DNA of 64,000 nucleotides from assembly GCF_009914755.1 (NCBI RefSeq), contig NC_060929.1. One strand, 5' to 3'. Positions 30,345-45,200 of this stretch are shown in pieces. The notes beneath the pieces were generated by a model, which saw only the letters and a list, made by a program, of their open reading frames with translations, searched no databases and was not told where the DNA came from. Each line of letters starts with the position of its first letter. Position 1 is the stretch's first letter. The DNA is from the human T2T-CHM13v2.0 reference genome, Homo sapiens. A program made the position numbers and the translations under genes.

Positions 30345-30600
30345 AACAAACAGTATAAAGAGCACAGAGTTTGGACACAGAGAATCCTGGGCTAAAATTC
30401 CAATACTGCCAATGTCTAGCAGTGTAACCTTTTATGAATCACTCTTAGCATATATTTTTTACTCTTTACTCTGTGAAATTTAAACAATCATGCCTGCATT
30501 ATATTATTACTGTCATATCAAATCAAATTATGTATATGAAGTACCTGGAACACAGCTAAGAACGTAGATATGCTCAGGAAATGGAAGATATTGTTATTTA
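30345..30600 (+). mobile_element. MIR (degraded)
   Basis: AGAGCACAGAGTTTGGA...CCTGGGCTAAAATTCC...GTACCTGGAACACAG. Confidence 0.55.
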
Positions 30601-31517
30601 TTAAAATTATTTAGGAAAAAGATAAATTAATATTAAAAATGATTCTGTCAATATGGATATTGGTACCATTCATAGAAAAGACCAAAAAAGTGATGGAATT
30701 TTAAGATATTATCTGTTTTTCTTATGGAACATATTCTGGCTTCCCTGGAGGAAAACAACACAAAAATGTTAAATCAACACACACAAAAAGTACATGTTCA
30801 TTTCGAGCAGATTCTAACCCCTTATTAAATGTAGACATTTAAAATTGTTTGTGTGCCCTACAGTGTGTGTGTGTGTATTTGTGAGAGAGAGAGAGGATGA
30901 GGAAGAGGGTGTGGTGAGGTATAATGATCATTTATTGAGATATGAGTGCCAATTATGTGTTAGGCACAATACTATATTATCTTATCATATTATCTTATAT
31001 GACATAGTCACCACAATCCTATGAAATATTCCTATTCAAAAGTGAGAAAACAGGTTTAAAAAAAAAAGAGCCAAAAGCTTTTCTTAAATATGTGCCAATT
31101 AAGGGAAAGATAGATTATTTAATCATTATACAGGCTGTTCAAGGGTATTATCTGTGTGTGTGTGTTGTGTGTGTGTGTTTGTGTGTAAGTGTGCCTGGGT
31201 GCATCTGTATATGTTCCATTAGAGGTAAAGCATCTTGCGATATATTTTATGCTACAAATGACCAGTGAAATCCTCCAATTTCTGGACACCTTCTTTTTGC
31301 AAATCCCCAGAGGGAAAACAACAAAGAGGAAAAAGTGGTCATTCCCCTCTAGAATATTTTTTTTAATCCAAATATAAGGCAGATTGCATTTAAAAAACAG
31401 GGAATAATATCCATTGAGAGTGTGTTACAAAATAGCAATTTTTGGAGGCAAGAATCAGTGTCTGGGGGCACAAGGCAGTACTGCGGGCTTTGGAGAAGAT
31501 TTTGTCAAGGATGTGAC

Positions 31518-31912
31518 TATTATGGGCTGAATTGTGCCTCCCCCCATACCAATTCATATATTGAAGTCTTAGTTCGCAGTACTTCAAAATGTAACTTTAT
31601 TTAAAGATAGGGACTTTAAAGAGGTAATTAATATAAAATAAGGTCATTGGGGTGAGCTCTAATCTAATATGACTGGTATTCTTAGAAGAAGAGGACACTG
31701 GGATGCAGTTATGTATGGAGGGACAACCATGTGAAGAGCCAGAGAGAAGACATCCATCTACAAATCAACAATTCAGGCCTTAGGAGAAACCAATACTACC
31801 AGCACCTTGATCTTACACTTCTCCACTCCAGAACTGTGAGAAAATAAATTTCTGTTGTTCAGGTTACTCAGTCTATGGCACCTTGTTACAGAAGCCCTGG
31901 AAATTAAATATA
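31518..31912 (+). mobile_element. MLT1B-like solo LTR
   Basis: TATTATGGGCTGAATTGTG...CCAGAACTGTGAGAAAATAAATTTCTGTTG; TSD GTGAC/CTGAC. Confidence 0.9.
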
Positions 31913-32468
31913 CTGACCTTCAAGGATGGATGTATAAGCAAAGGGGAAAATTTATAAGGATTCTGAATAGAGACATCTCTCTAGAGTAACTAAATATTAA
32001 GAGAATTTATATGACTGATCGAAGCTCGTTAAATAGGGCAATTTCCAGTATCATCTATAAGGTTACAGAGGTGCTTTTGCTCCTGTCTGTAATTTATAGG
32101 TTTGAATCAATTTTCTGAAATCCAGAGATGACTAAGCAAAGGTAGTAAGCCTTTTTGCAATAGGCATATAAAATAGCTTGTTGATTTTCTTATAATTCCT
32201 TTCATATTATCTATAGGCACTCTAGATTTGCACTAAAGCACAATATCCCAGGAACTACATGTAGATAATACAAGGGCCAAGATCGAGTGGAATTTACTTA
32301 TTCAACCAGAGATTCAGAGGCAGAGTCCTGGGGGAAAACGAATACAGAAACCGAAATCATATGGAAAGCAAAAGCCAACAGTTTAAAGCAGAATTGAGAA
32401 ATTAGGGCGTAAAGCAAAGTGCTGAAAGATGTGTGTTGAAAAAAGGTGTAGGTTTCAAGAATGAGGCA

Positions 32469-32821
32469 CAGTCAGCCCTTTCTATCTATGGATTCTGCAT
32501 CCATGGATTCAACCAACCTTGGATCAAAAATATTCAGAAAATACAAAAGATGCTTGTGTCTTTACTAAACATATGCAGACTTTATTTTTCCTTGTAATTA
32601 TTCCCTAAACAATACAGTAGAACAACTATTTATATGGCATTTACATTGTAGTCAGTATTGTAAGTAACCTACAGATGATTTAAGTTACATAGGGGATGTG
32701 CATAAGTTATATGCAAACACTATACCATTTTACATAGGGATTGGAGCATCCATAGATTTTGGTATCCAAGAGGGGGGGGGGGTCCTGGAACAAATTTCCC
32801 ATAGATACTAAGAGACGACTG
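32469..32821 (-). mobile_element. MER2, full length
   Basis: Termini CAGTCAGCCCT...AAGAGACGACTG; reverse-complement similarity to 1630-1940. Confidence 0.9.
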
Positions 32822-33389
32822 TGTTGTGTTTTCATTATAATAATTTTTATTGGTCGATATTTTATAATAGTACCTAGCACTTATTTGTAGTGGCAAATAC
32901 ATACTTAGTAAATCAATCAATCAACTTTTGTTTTTGTTAGTTCTTCCTTATTATATTAAAACAGGATTTGTATCCAGGAACCACCCATTGCATTCCATCT
33001 GATCCTTATTGTCTTCCATAGACAATGGGATTTGAATAATTCAAAAAAAAAAGTAAAGACAGACTGATTCAGATTTACAATTTTTGATTCTCTGTAACTT
33101 GCAATTACGCTGTAACCATTGATTTATGTATTTACTCCTTATAACACTGTAAAAATTGGTGGCAGGTCAATGATTAATTCTTGTTTGCATACCCAGACCC
33201 TAAACTGACCTCAAGCATGTCGGAAGGTAGAATAGCTTTAGATTAAGATATGCCCTTTGAAGTCAACAGATTTTGCTCGAAATTTGGTCCTGCCATGTTC
33301 TTTTATTTACCTTGAGGTAATTGACTCAACTTCTAACCCTCAGTTTCCTTAGAAATATAGGATAACAGTAATATCGTCTTCAAAGGGTC

Positions 33390-33700
33390 GCACCTAAGCT
33401 AGCTTCCTCCCAAAAGCAGATTCTGAAAGGAGATTTCAAGCAGATAGTTTATTTTGTGATGAAATCCTAAGGAACCTGAGCTGAATTGGGGAACAGAACG
33501 GAAAGCCAGTCCAAGGCTTTATTATCAAGCTGGTCGCTACCGCTCGTTGACTGCCAGGTTTGTACATTTGCATATGCACCAGAATGGCTTAATGGTTTGC
33601 TGCAAGACTATCCCACAACTGGGGCAGAGAGCCCCTCGTAAGGAAACTGGTTGTTGTAACAAACGATGGAGTAAAAAGTGGGTCCATAGGAACCAAGAGA
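33390..33700 (-). mobile_element. Old ERVL LTR fragment (LTR16/LTR33-like)
   Basis: GCTTCCTCCCAAAAGCAGATTCTGAAAGGAGATTTCAAG...GTTTATTTTG. Confidence 0.5.
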
Positions 33701-34111
33701 TGTTAAATTTGGCTGTTTTGAGGATAAAATGTCGTAATGATTAACAAGTAGAGATACTCAAAGACCATGGTTAATTTTTTTTAATAAAACCTCAGTCAGT
33801 GAAAGAATATGCTGCTGTCTTTTATTCCCCCACCATAGCAGTGAAGTCTTTGATTCAACAGACTTAGTCTTTAATGAAAATTTTAATGAAAAATTTGCCA
33901 CATACCTGGAACGTAGTCTTGAATAACAAAATGTATAACTACATGGATTTGGGTGTCAGACAGATATGGGTGTGAATTCAGACTTCCTTTTCATAACTCA
34001 TCAAACAAGCTACTTACTTCTGTGATTCCTGTATTCTTCATTTGTTTAAAAAAAATCCACTTAAAAAATTGGAAGTTTATTATTTTTAAGTTAAGCATAT
34101 ATTAATCCTAT

Positions 34112-34936
34112 TGTGTCCAGAATTGGTTCCTTCTGGTGGGTTCTTGGTCTCGCTGACTTCAAGAATGAATCCGCAGACCCTTGCGGTGTTACAGTTCTTA
34201 GAGATGGTGTGTCCAGAGTTTTTTCCTTCAGATGTTCAGATATGTCCGGAGTTTCTTCCTTCTGGTGGGTTCATGGTCTTGCTGACTTCAGGAGTGAAGC
34301 TGCAGACCTTCGCAGTGTTACAGCTCTTAAAGCCGGCACATCCGGAGTTGTTCGTTCCTCCCCGTGGGTTCGTGGTCTAGCTGGCTTCAAGGGTGAAGCT
34401 GCAGACCTTCACAGTGAGTATTACAGCTCATAAAGGTAGTGCGGACCCAAAGAGTAAGCAGAAGCAAGATTTACTGCGGAAGAGTGAAAGAATAAAGCTT
34501 CCACAGCATGGAAGGGGACCCCAGCGGGTTGCCATGGCTGACCCAGGTGGCCAGCTTTTATTCCCTTATTTGGCCCCACCTGTATCTGCTGATTGGTCCA
34601 TTTTACAGAGCACTGATTGGTCCATTTTACAGAGTGCTGGTTGGTCCGTTTTTACAGAGTGCTGATTTGGTACGTTTACAAACATTTGACTAGACACAGA
34701 GTGCTGATTGGTGCATTTACAATCCTTTAGCTAGACAGAAAAGTTCTCCAGGTGCCCACCCAATTAGCTAGACACAGAGCGCTGATTGGTGCATTTTTAC
34801 AGAGTGCTGATTGGTGTGTTTACAAACCTTTAGCTAGACACAGAGCACTGATTGGTCCTTTTACAATCCTTCAGCTAGACAGAAAAGTTCTCCAAGTCCC
34901 CATCCGCCCCAGAAGCCCAGCCGGCTTCACCTCTCA
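34112..34936 (-). mobile_element. Solo LTR12-family (ERV9) LTR
   Basis: TGTGTCCAGAATTGGTTCCTTCTGGTGGG...CCCAGCCGGCTTCACCTCTCA; repeated GTGAAGCTGCAGACCTTC and GAGTGCTGATTGG units; 4-bp TSD CTAT at 34108 and 34937. Confidence 0.96.
34585..34860 (-). promoter_or_regulatory. Cluster of CCAAT (NF-Y) boxes in the LTR12 U3 repeats
   Basis: Six GATTGG sites (CCAATC on the minus strand) near 34591, 34615, 34706, 34784, 34809 and 34850. NF-Y binding to LTR12 is established; activity of this copy is not shown. Confidence 0.65.
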
Positions 34937-36495
34937 CTATGGACCAACAATTTCATTCCTAGAAGTATACCTACGAGAAATAAATGCGTATATCCACAAA
35001 AAAGACTTGTATAAGAAGATCCTTTGCATTTTACTGCATGTTTAAAATTATTGTTTTCTCTATGTTATGCAAGCTTCATTATATGGTTCATGCAAAATAC
35101 AAAAAGTCACAAACTATACAAAACTAAATAAAAGAAGAAGTTAGTACATTATAAAGTTGTATGAGGATTAGGTGGAATCATGGATGTAAAATGCTTAATA
35201 CATAGCTTTCAATAAATGATAGTTATTATTTTGTCAGTATGATCATCAACTCTGAAGGGACAAATATAAATATTTTCAAATTTTTTATGATGGCCAAAAT
35301 CACTGTAAATACTATATTTAAAATTTTGTTTTCTGTTAATAATTGGCCCCAAACTGACTATACTTGAGAATAATATATAATACATACACACACACATGCA
35401 TACCTCTGATTCATTCATTCATTCTCCATCTGTTTATATATATTCATTCATTATTTCCAAAATTTGTAGAATCAAAATCTCACGGATGGAGCCTGGATTG
35501 AATCTCTGTATCTAGACAAAATTCTGTGTTTCTTATATGCATCTGGACAAGGGACTTACTTAAAAGTCAAATATCAAACATTAACCAACAGAATAAAGGG
35601 AAGGCCCAAGCCCCTTTTTAACCTTTATCTTATTTTAAGCTAATGGGCCTTAATTGCAATCATTTTCTTAGAATTTAAGTCACAATAAAAGTAATCTAAT
35701 CTAGGCACTTGATAGATTTTTATTCTTCTTCACCCTATGCAAATGTTTTAGTCCAGAGTAATTATGTTTCTTTCTATTGCATTTTCCATGCATTTTTCAT
35801 GATGCTTCAGTTTAATGTGGATTTATCTTTTGAGGACTGGTCTTATGCAGTTTAATACAATTGTTGTAAGTGTAGTGTACTTAAAATTATAATTCTATTC
35901 ATACAAATGTGTTTAGATTATATAGTTTATTAAAAATTTAAAGTTATTTATAATTTATAAAACAAATATAACAATTTTAAAGAAAAATTAGAAAACAGAA
36001 ATATTTGAACTTTGTGTTACTCTCAAAAAAGTATTTTTAAATATTGCTTAATGTCTGAGATGACTAACAGTGAATCTTATGGGGCAGGAATTAAGATCCT
36101 TGCCCCAATATCTAATAATATTCTTTACATTCATGTTTGAGGAATTAACAATAAGACACAACTCTCCCTCAAGATAGATAACAAGACATTTATAAAGTAC
36201 AAGAGTACTTTATAAATATACTTCTTCAAATACAAATGACAGTGAAAAACACATTAATTAGTAACTAGAAATAAAATTTTGAGTAAATAAAAATGTCAGA
36301 AAACAATAATAAATTTTGCTCAGTCATGAAACATTCAATGAACGTCTCCAGAGTGTACAAGTTATTGGTGTTGGTAACAGGACATAAATCAGAAACAATT
36401 CTGCTCCTGAGGAGCTTTCAGTCTAGTAGAGGAAATAAGATGTGTATCCCTGTACACCCACATCCATACACACATGGTTCTTAAAAAGGAAAATG

Positions 36496-36900
<405 letters not shown>

Positions 36901-36987
36901 TCATGCTACTATGCAATTCATTACGGCTTTGTGGAATTTGTAAATGTAAACATTATTCGTAATGTTTACTTTTAAAAAGGGAGGAGA

Positions 36988-37168
36988 GGCTGGGTACAGT
37001 GGCTCATGCCTGTCATTCCAGCACTTTGGGAGGCTGAGGGGGGTTGACCACTTGAGGTCAAGAGTTCGAGCTCAGCCTGGCCAACATGGTGAAACCCTGT
37101 ACCTACTAAAAATACAAAAATTAGCCAGGTATTGTAGAGCACGCCTATAATCCCAGCTACTAGGGAAG
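36988..37168 (+). mobile_element. 3'-truncated AluS
   Basis: Left arm, linker and start of right arm only. Confidence 0.88.
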
Positions 37169-37785
37169 CAGTAGCAGTAATCTAGTTATTTATGACCATG
37201 GACGAATCTCTTTCAAGTTTGCCCCCCATAAAACAGAGTATGAGTGTGTGAAGGGGTTAGGGTGGGGTAAAGGGGTCTTCAATTGTACTTTAATAACCAA
37301 AACAATCCAAGAAAAGAACTCTCAGTAACTGAGGGAGAAAAAATGTGAGTCATATCTGACTTTTCTTAAATCAACTTCAAAAGGAAATAAAATTGTTTTA
37401 GTTAAAGTTTTAGTTTTAGTTAAACAAAGTGACTGATGGCTGGCCTGTGGAGTTTTGAGACTTGTACTCACTGCCTTATTAAAGAAACTTGTGTAGTAAA
37501 TTGAATGCAGCCAAGGAAGTGGATATCTGTTTTGATGTTTGACCAAGAACTTTCCTAAGAGTGTTTGTGTTATTGACATTATTAGTTTTACTGTAATGGA
37601 AGCCCTAGAATTGTAATTTTCTGTTATACAAATTTAGAAAGGATTATGAGAATTAATAGGACTCTTCAGTATGATGGCTGGTTAAAAAATTAGTAACTTA
37701 ATTAAACACTGGGAAACATACAGAGAAATACATACAAGCCTTACATGAAGAAAATGCCAAACGTTATTAAAACGTTCAAAAGATA

Positions 37786-37879
37786 GGCTGGGTGAGTTGG
37801 CTCACACCTATAATCCCAGCACTTTGGAAGGCTGAGGTGGGAGGATCGCTTGAGCCCAGGAGTTTGAGACCAGCCTGGC
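37786..37879 (+). mobile_element. Truncated AluJ/FLAM left arm
   Basis: GGGAGGATCGCTTGAGCCCAGGAGTTTGAGACCAGCCTGG. Confidence 0.85.
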
Positions 37880-38329
37880 TATTAATTGATAGATAGGCTT
37901 TAACATTACATATAATTCAATATTATTGACATAGTCTGTAATATAAAGACAATATTTTCCCCAAATTAATTTGAAAAATAGTGATAATTATGAACAAATT
38001 CTCATTAGTATAATGTTTCAGACCTTGGTAGCCTAATTCAAAAATTTATTTCAGATATGAATGCTTCAGAAGAGTCAATACTTTTTAAAATTGAGGTATA
38101 AAAAAGGGAGACTGCATTAAGCAATATTTTTTAGCTATGGTAAAATTATTCCACAATTAACACATCAATAAACAGATGTCATTGTTTAAAGAATTTATTA
38201 TTCTCGAATAAATTCAAATATTATTCTCGAATTTATTCTCGAATGAAGAACAGATTGTATATTAAGGATGTTGGGACAGTTGTGTATTTATTTGTAAGGG
38301 AGAAAAACTAGATGTTTTTACTCTTATAC

Positions 38330-38703
38330 TATATTAATTTGCCAAGGTTAACATAAGAAATACCAGGGACGGGGTGGAGTAAACAGCAGAAATGTTTCCT
38401 CACAGTTCTGGAGACTAGGTCCAAGATCAAGATAACAGCAGAGTTGGTTTCTTCCAAGGGTCTGTCTCCTTGTCTTGCAGATGGATGCTGTCTCTCTGGT
38501 TCTTGACATGGTCTTCTGTACATGTCTGTGTCCTAATCTCTTTTTATAAGGTCACCAGCCATACTGGATTAAGGCCTACCCATATGACATCATTATATTT
38601 TACTATTTTGAAGGCTCTGTCTTGAAATGCAGTCACATTATGAAGTACTGGGTGTTAGGACTTCAACATACAAATTTTGAGAGGACATGGTTCAGCCCAT
38701 AGC
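38330..38703 (-). mobile_element. MLT1A0/MLT1B-like solo LTR
   Basis: CTCACAGTTCTGGAG...TTAGGACTTCAACATA...TTCAGCCCATAGCA; TSD TATAC/TAAAC. Confidence 0.88.
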
Positions 38704-39656
38704 ATAAACTATGCCAAAAAATGTTCAAGATAAATTACAGAATAAAATAAACTGTGAAAAAATGAATATAAAACTGTTAAATAACAAGGAATAAAATTTA
38801 GGTAAATATTTATTCAATCTTAAAGTATCAGAAATGTTTGTAAATATAGGTTCAAAGGCAGAAAACATAAATGAAAAGATTTAAGTATATAAATGAGTGA
38901 AAATTTTAAATTTCTAGACATGAAACCAATACCATATATGTGATGAAACAGCAAAGTGAAACTGGTGAAAATACTTGCAATGTATTTTATGAGTTTTTTT
39001 TTTTTTTTTACTACTGCATGATGCTTAAGAAGAGAAAAAGATCAAATTGAAGAAGAAAAAATTGACAAAAAAAGGCAATTTATAAGTAAAGAAAAGCACA
39101 TGACATATTCAAATGGGTAAATTGTTTAGTCTTACTGAGAACAAAATTAATGAAATTTGAAACAATTTGGGGAAAACAATTTTAATCAATAATTTGGGAA
39201 AGATTTTGATACTGAAAAGTTTAAATACAGAAACATTTTAATAGCTATTACTATACATGGATGAGGCAGTATTAATTTACATAATATTTTGAAGGTCAAT
39301 TTGACAATATATACCAAAAGTTTTAGAATTCTTAAAATGTTTTTACCTATCAGTTTAATTCTACAAATGTATCCTAAAATAATCAGATAAACCTATGTAT
39401 AAAAATATATCATACATTGTACAACTTTGTTCCTCTATGGGCATAATGTAACGGGTCTAAACATAAGCAATGGCCTTTAGTTGTGGAATTTTTCATAATT
39501 TTAATGTATTATATGCTTTTACATATTTTGTAAACTATCTACAGCACATTTTACAATAGGAAAATAATATTTTGAAATGTGACAATTTGGAGGAAGATTA
39601 GATTACTTGAAACTAAGGAGATTTGGAAATTGTTTACATGGGAGATGACATTGGCC

Positions 39657-39964
39657 TTTTTTTTTTTTTTTTTTTTTTTTTTGAGAAGGAGTCTCACTCT
39701 GTCGCCCAGGCTGGAATGCCAATGGCAACAATCTCGGCTCGTCGCAACCTCCGCCTCCCGGGTTCAAGCAATTCCCCTGCCTCAGCCTCCCAAGTCGCTA
39801 GGACTACAGGCATGCTCCACCACACCTGGCTAATTTTTGTATTATTAGTAGAGGCAGGGTTTCCTTATGTTGGCCAGGGTAGACTTAAACTCCTGACCTC
39901 GTGATCTGTCCACCTTGGCCTCCCAAAGTATTGGGATTACAGGCGTGAGCCACCATGCCCAGCC
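39657..39964 (-). mobile_element. AluS, full length, probably inside an L2 fragment
   Basis: Poly-T plus dimer; TSD ACATTGGCCTTT. Confidence 0.94.
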
Positions 39965-40931
39965 AACATTGGCCTTTGATTTAAGTGAAATTTATAGAGA
40001 TGTAACAGCAGAGTATTTGAGACAAAGAATATAGAACAGATTTTCATGGAGCATAGGTTAGTATATTTTTTCTGAGCATAGCATATGACTGAGATTAGAA
40101 GAACCCAATCAGAATAGTTGGTTGAGATGAGATAACAGAAATCCTTGAAATTCTAGAACAGCCTGACTGAGAAGGTGGTACAAAGAAGCAGGTTAGATTA
40201 GAAGGCTGGTGCAGAGGTTTCCTTGAGAGGTGTGAGGACCATAGGATAGCAGAAGAGTGAACACATTGAAGGGAGCTTGGGTGTGCGTGGTATGGATGTA
40301 AAGCAAAGGACAAGGAAGGAGTCAATGGTAACGCAAGTTTTAGGAACAGAGAGAGGGAAAATGCAGATATAAGGGAAAAGCATTAGCATTCATTGGCCAA
40401 TCTCATCAAGTGCTGTGATTCATGCCCTCAACACCACTGGATAGATGCTATTTTTGTCCATATTAAGCAAATGCCTAGGTCACTGCTAGTAACGAGGAGA
40501 GGATTCAAATCCATGTCTATTTTTTAACTTGTTATACATAATCCATGCACTTTATGATTTAGAGTTAAAATAATCTGAAATAATGTTGACTGAATATGTT
40601 AATTCCTGTTCTGCATTTTTCATGTTATGTTACCTCAAAATTATATTTTAAGTGCAAAGATTGAAGTTCAAGGGCATTACTGAAATTTTAGATGTTTTAA
40701 ACCATGCAGATCTTTACAGTTTCATTGCATTTTAGATCATCTGGACTGTTTTTGTCTGTTTCCTTCTGCATGATAAATGCAGAGCCGAATGCTAATATCC
40801 TTAGGCAAGGTCTTACTGTAAATATATATATAGCAAGTTGTTGCCAAGAAAAAGCTTTTGATGAGACTAGAAAATTGTGACAGCGAACAGAATAAACTAT
40901 AGGACTAATTACATTAAATGTGGAACTTTAA

Positions 40932-41289
<358 letters not shown>

Positions 41290-41363
41290 TAGTTCAATTG
41301 ATTCTCCTCACTCAGCCTCCTGAGTAGCTGGGATTACAGGCACCTGCCACCACACCCAGTTAG

Positions 41364-41876
<513 letters not shown>

Positions 41877-42949
41877 TATATATTTTTTTTCAGTAGAGAT
41901 GGGGTTTCACCATGTTGGCCAGGATGGTCTCCATCTCCTGACCTCGTGATCCACCCTCCTTGGCCTCCCAAAGTGCTGGGATTACAGGCATGAGCCACCA
42001 CGCCTGGCCTCTATTAGTTCTTAAAAGCATTGTGTACATATATTTTTTATTGTATGTGAAAATAATCTATAACACTATCTAACATTGTATTTTTCTTATA
42101 CAATTAGATAACTACAATATAAAAGCCAGTGGACTTTTCAGAAAGGCCCAATTGTTTTCTTTGCCTTTGATTTAAAAAAGAGGTGAATAACCTAAAAATT
42201 ATGTCTTATAATACTAAATTGCTCATTATAAAAAATTGCAACAAAACAACAACAAAAAGCTAAGTCCACGCTAGTAAATGGGATATAGTTGAAGGTTGCA
42301 TTTTCACTTTTAAGTTGATTGGTATCACATGAATAAAGCAAAAAACACTGTTCAGAAACCACCTATTTTTAGTCCCTTTTTTGTACGATAATCTCCTCAA
42401 ATCCCTATTATTAATGTTTTGCAAAGGACACAGAGCAATGCAATCCTTACAATGTAAAAACAATTTTAATACAATATGAATGATATTAACAACTGTAATA
42501 ATGATAATAATTTTAAACAAATCACACTTGGCGTTTCTTGTCATTCATCTACCATGTACAAATGTCTGAAAAAAAAAAAAAACTCTCTAGATGCTAACCA
42601 GCATTCATCATGAAAATTGTACCCTGCCTTCTTTGTAATATGCTTTGGCCCTTGGGAGACTGGCACTTTAAAAAATATATTGAAACAAAAGAAAACAAAC
42701 ATATCTAGCCCAATTTGAGATCTTTTCTTTAAAATGAAGTCAAGAAGTTCCTTGTAAAATTTTTTTATTACAAGAATCTAAAATTTACATATATCTAAAT
42801 GTAATCAGGTGCTAAAACTGTGGGCATTGGTTTGCCGGTGTCTTTCTAGTTTCAGGATCTCTGTTTTTAAGGTATAAACAGACAATGTTAAATGCAGAAT
42901 AATTTAATTTAAATGAATGTCAAAATTTAAATCTATCAGTCTTACTCCC

Positions 42950-43190
42950 TGTAAGGGACAGCACTGTGTGGTCTTGATATTTGAAATCAGCTAGATCTTG
43001 GCTTATAATCCAGGCTTCATTGATTACTTTCTGCGTGAAGTTTCGCTTTTTAATTGATCTCTCAGTCTTATTACTTTTATTTTTAAAATAGTAGTATGAA
43101 TGTCCACCTTGCAGGGTTGTGGTAAAGATTAAATGAGATAATTTGTAGAAAAAGTATAACATTTACAAGTGCGCATTAAAGGATAGCTTT
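42950..43190 (+). mobile_element. MIR (degraded)
   Basis: CAGGGTTGTGGTAAAGATTAAATGAGATAAT core. Confidence 0.6.
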
Positions 43191-44094
43191 TGTTGCATCT
43201 AATAACTTGATGATGGATAATATAGAAAGCCACACTATGAAACAAAATTAATGATTCATGTGGTTTATGAATTTCCTTTTAACATTAAACTTTAGCACTC
43301 TTAGATGCTGGGACTAACAGACCTTTCTTTTCTTGTTGATCGGGGCTTCCTTTCTACACTGACTGACTGACTGTTTTCCTTAACTCATAACCTGATTCAT
43401 GAACCATGGGGTCAAGCTCACACTGTGTTAAAAGCCATTTTATTTGGGGTTTTGATTTGTGTGCGGTGTGAATATAAGATTCTTCTCTTGAATATTTAGA
43501 ATTTTCTGTGGGCAGTAGAAATCCCACTAATGTCCTTGAGAGCCCATCAACTGTGACAAAATCATCCCACAGAGCACCACCATACAGGTTGAGATTTGCT
43601 TGCTTTGTGCATCACGAAAGCAAATTAAATATAAAGATAAATCATATAAAGGGGTAAAATATTGCTTTAATAGAGTGGTACTCTATGATGCCACAAGTTG
43701 TGTATGGAAATTAAAATTGAGATTTCTATCAATTATCTAATTTCTCATTTTCAATTGCAAATCAGTTGGCTGAGATTTTAGTAAATTTGAACAATTTTAG
43801 CAGAGAATCTGCAAATCATCAACTGAATGTGGCTCTAAGCCTAATGGAGGCGATGTTTCTCCCATTCATTATATTACACTTTGATGGCATGTGGCCTTTA
43901 TCTTTGAAATCCTTTCCTTCCAGTTGCCCATTCACTCAATCCTATTTCCCATCGATCCTTTTGTCATTTCTTCTCTCATACTTTCTCATCATTGTTGTTT
44001 CTGCATACTGCACAAGATTAGAGATGGGCTATTGGGCTTCCGCAAGTTTAGAAAATGAGTTTCTGAAAATGTTCTGTCAAAAAAAATATTTCCA

Positions 44095-44409
<315 letters not shown>

Positions 44410-44589
44410 TTAAGGAGAATGTTAATTAGGTTGCTTAAAACATTTAGACCAAGGAAATAAAGATGTATAAATACATTGTAATATAATTAGTATAGCCTAA
44501 AAGTTTAGCAAACTTGACTATATAATTAAGATTTAATTTGTTTATATTTCCTGTAATGTATTCCTCATACATAGTGGAGTTTTTAAGTA

Positions 44590-44830
44590 TATGTTGCTTT
44601 TCTTGGTAATCACATTATCATTATGCTTCACCATGTGACTTGCTCTGGCCAGTGAATGTGAGCAGAGATGACTCACCACTTGTGAGCAGAAGATGCGGGA
44701 TGCAGTTGTAGCCACTCTGCAAAGCACGTGTAATAAAAACGAGAAACACATTTTTGTAATTATAAACAAGGAAGATTTCGAAACTATTTGCCACTGTAGT
44801 ATCACTTAAATAGAGCTGGCCAATTCAAGA
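44590..44830 (+). mobile_element. Old MLT1 (H/I/J-like) LTR fragment
   Basis: CCATGTGACTTGCTCTGGCCAGTGAATGTGAGCAGA. Confidence 0.6.
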
Positions 44831-44878
44831 TTGTCTGATGAGACTGGCCTAAAGTCAGTAAATAAAATCCTATTATGA

Positions 44879-45200
44879 GGCCGGGCGTGGTGGCTCATGC
44901 CTGTAATCCTAGCACTTTGGGAAGCTAAGGTGGGCACATCACCTGATGTCAGGAGTTCAAGACCTGCCTGGCCAAAATGGTGAAACCCTGTCTCTACTAA
45001 AAATACAAAAAAAATAGCCTGGCATGGTGGTTCATGCCTGTAATCCCAGCTACTCAGAAGGCTGAGGCAGGAGAATCACTTGAACTTGGGAGGTGGCTGT
45101 GCCAGTGAGCTGAGATCGTGCCACTGCACTCCAGCCTGAGCAACAGAGCAAGGCTCAGTCTCAAAAAACAAAACAAAACAAAAACACACACAAAAAAAAA
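44879..45200 (+). mobile_element. AluSx-like, full length
   Basis: Full dimer with (CAAAA)n tail; TSD-like CCTATTATGA/CCTGTTACGA. Confidence 0.94.

Larger units (their letters stand above)
37660..39550 (+). mobile_element. L1ME-like ORF2/3' fragments
   Basis: A-rich, highly degraded L1-like sequence. Confidence 0.55.

Noticed and set aside
30863-31186. (TG)n and (GA)n tracts; also (ATCC)n near 52237 and degenerate (GATA)n near 17800
   Set aside because: Short, ordinary microsatellites.
34111-35045. Repeat-spacer-like units and ORFs in LTR12
   Set aside because: These are the normal U3/U5 tandem repeats of ERV9 LTRs, not a CRISPR-like array or a gene.
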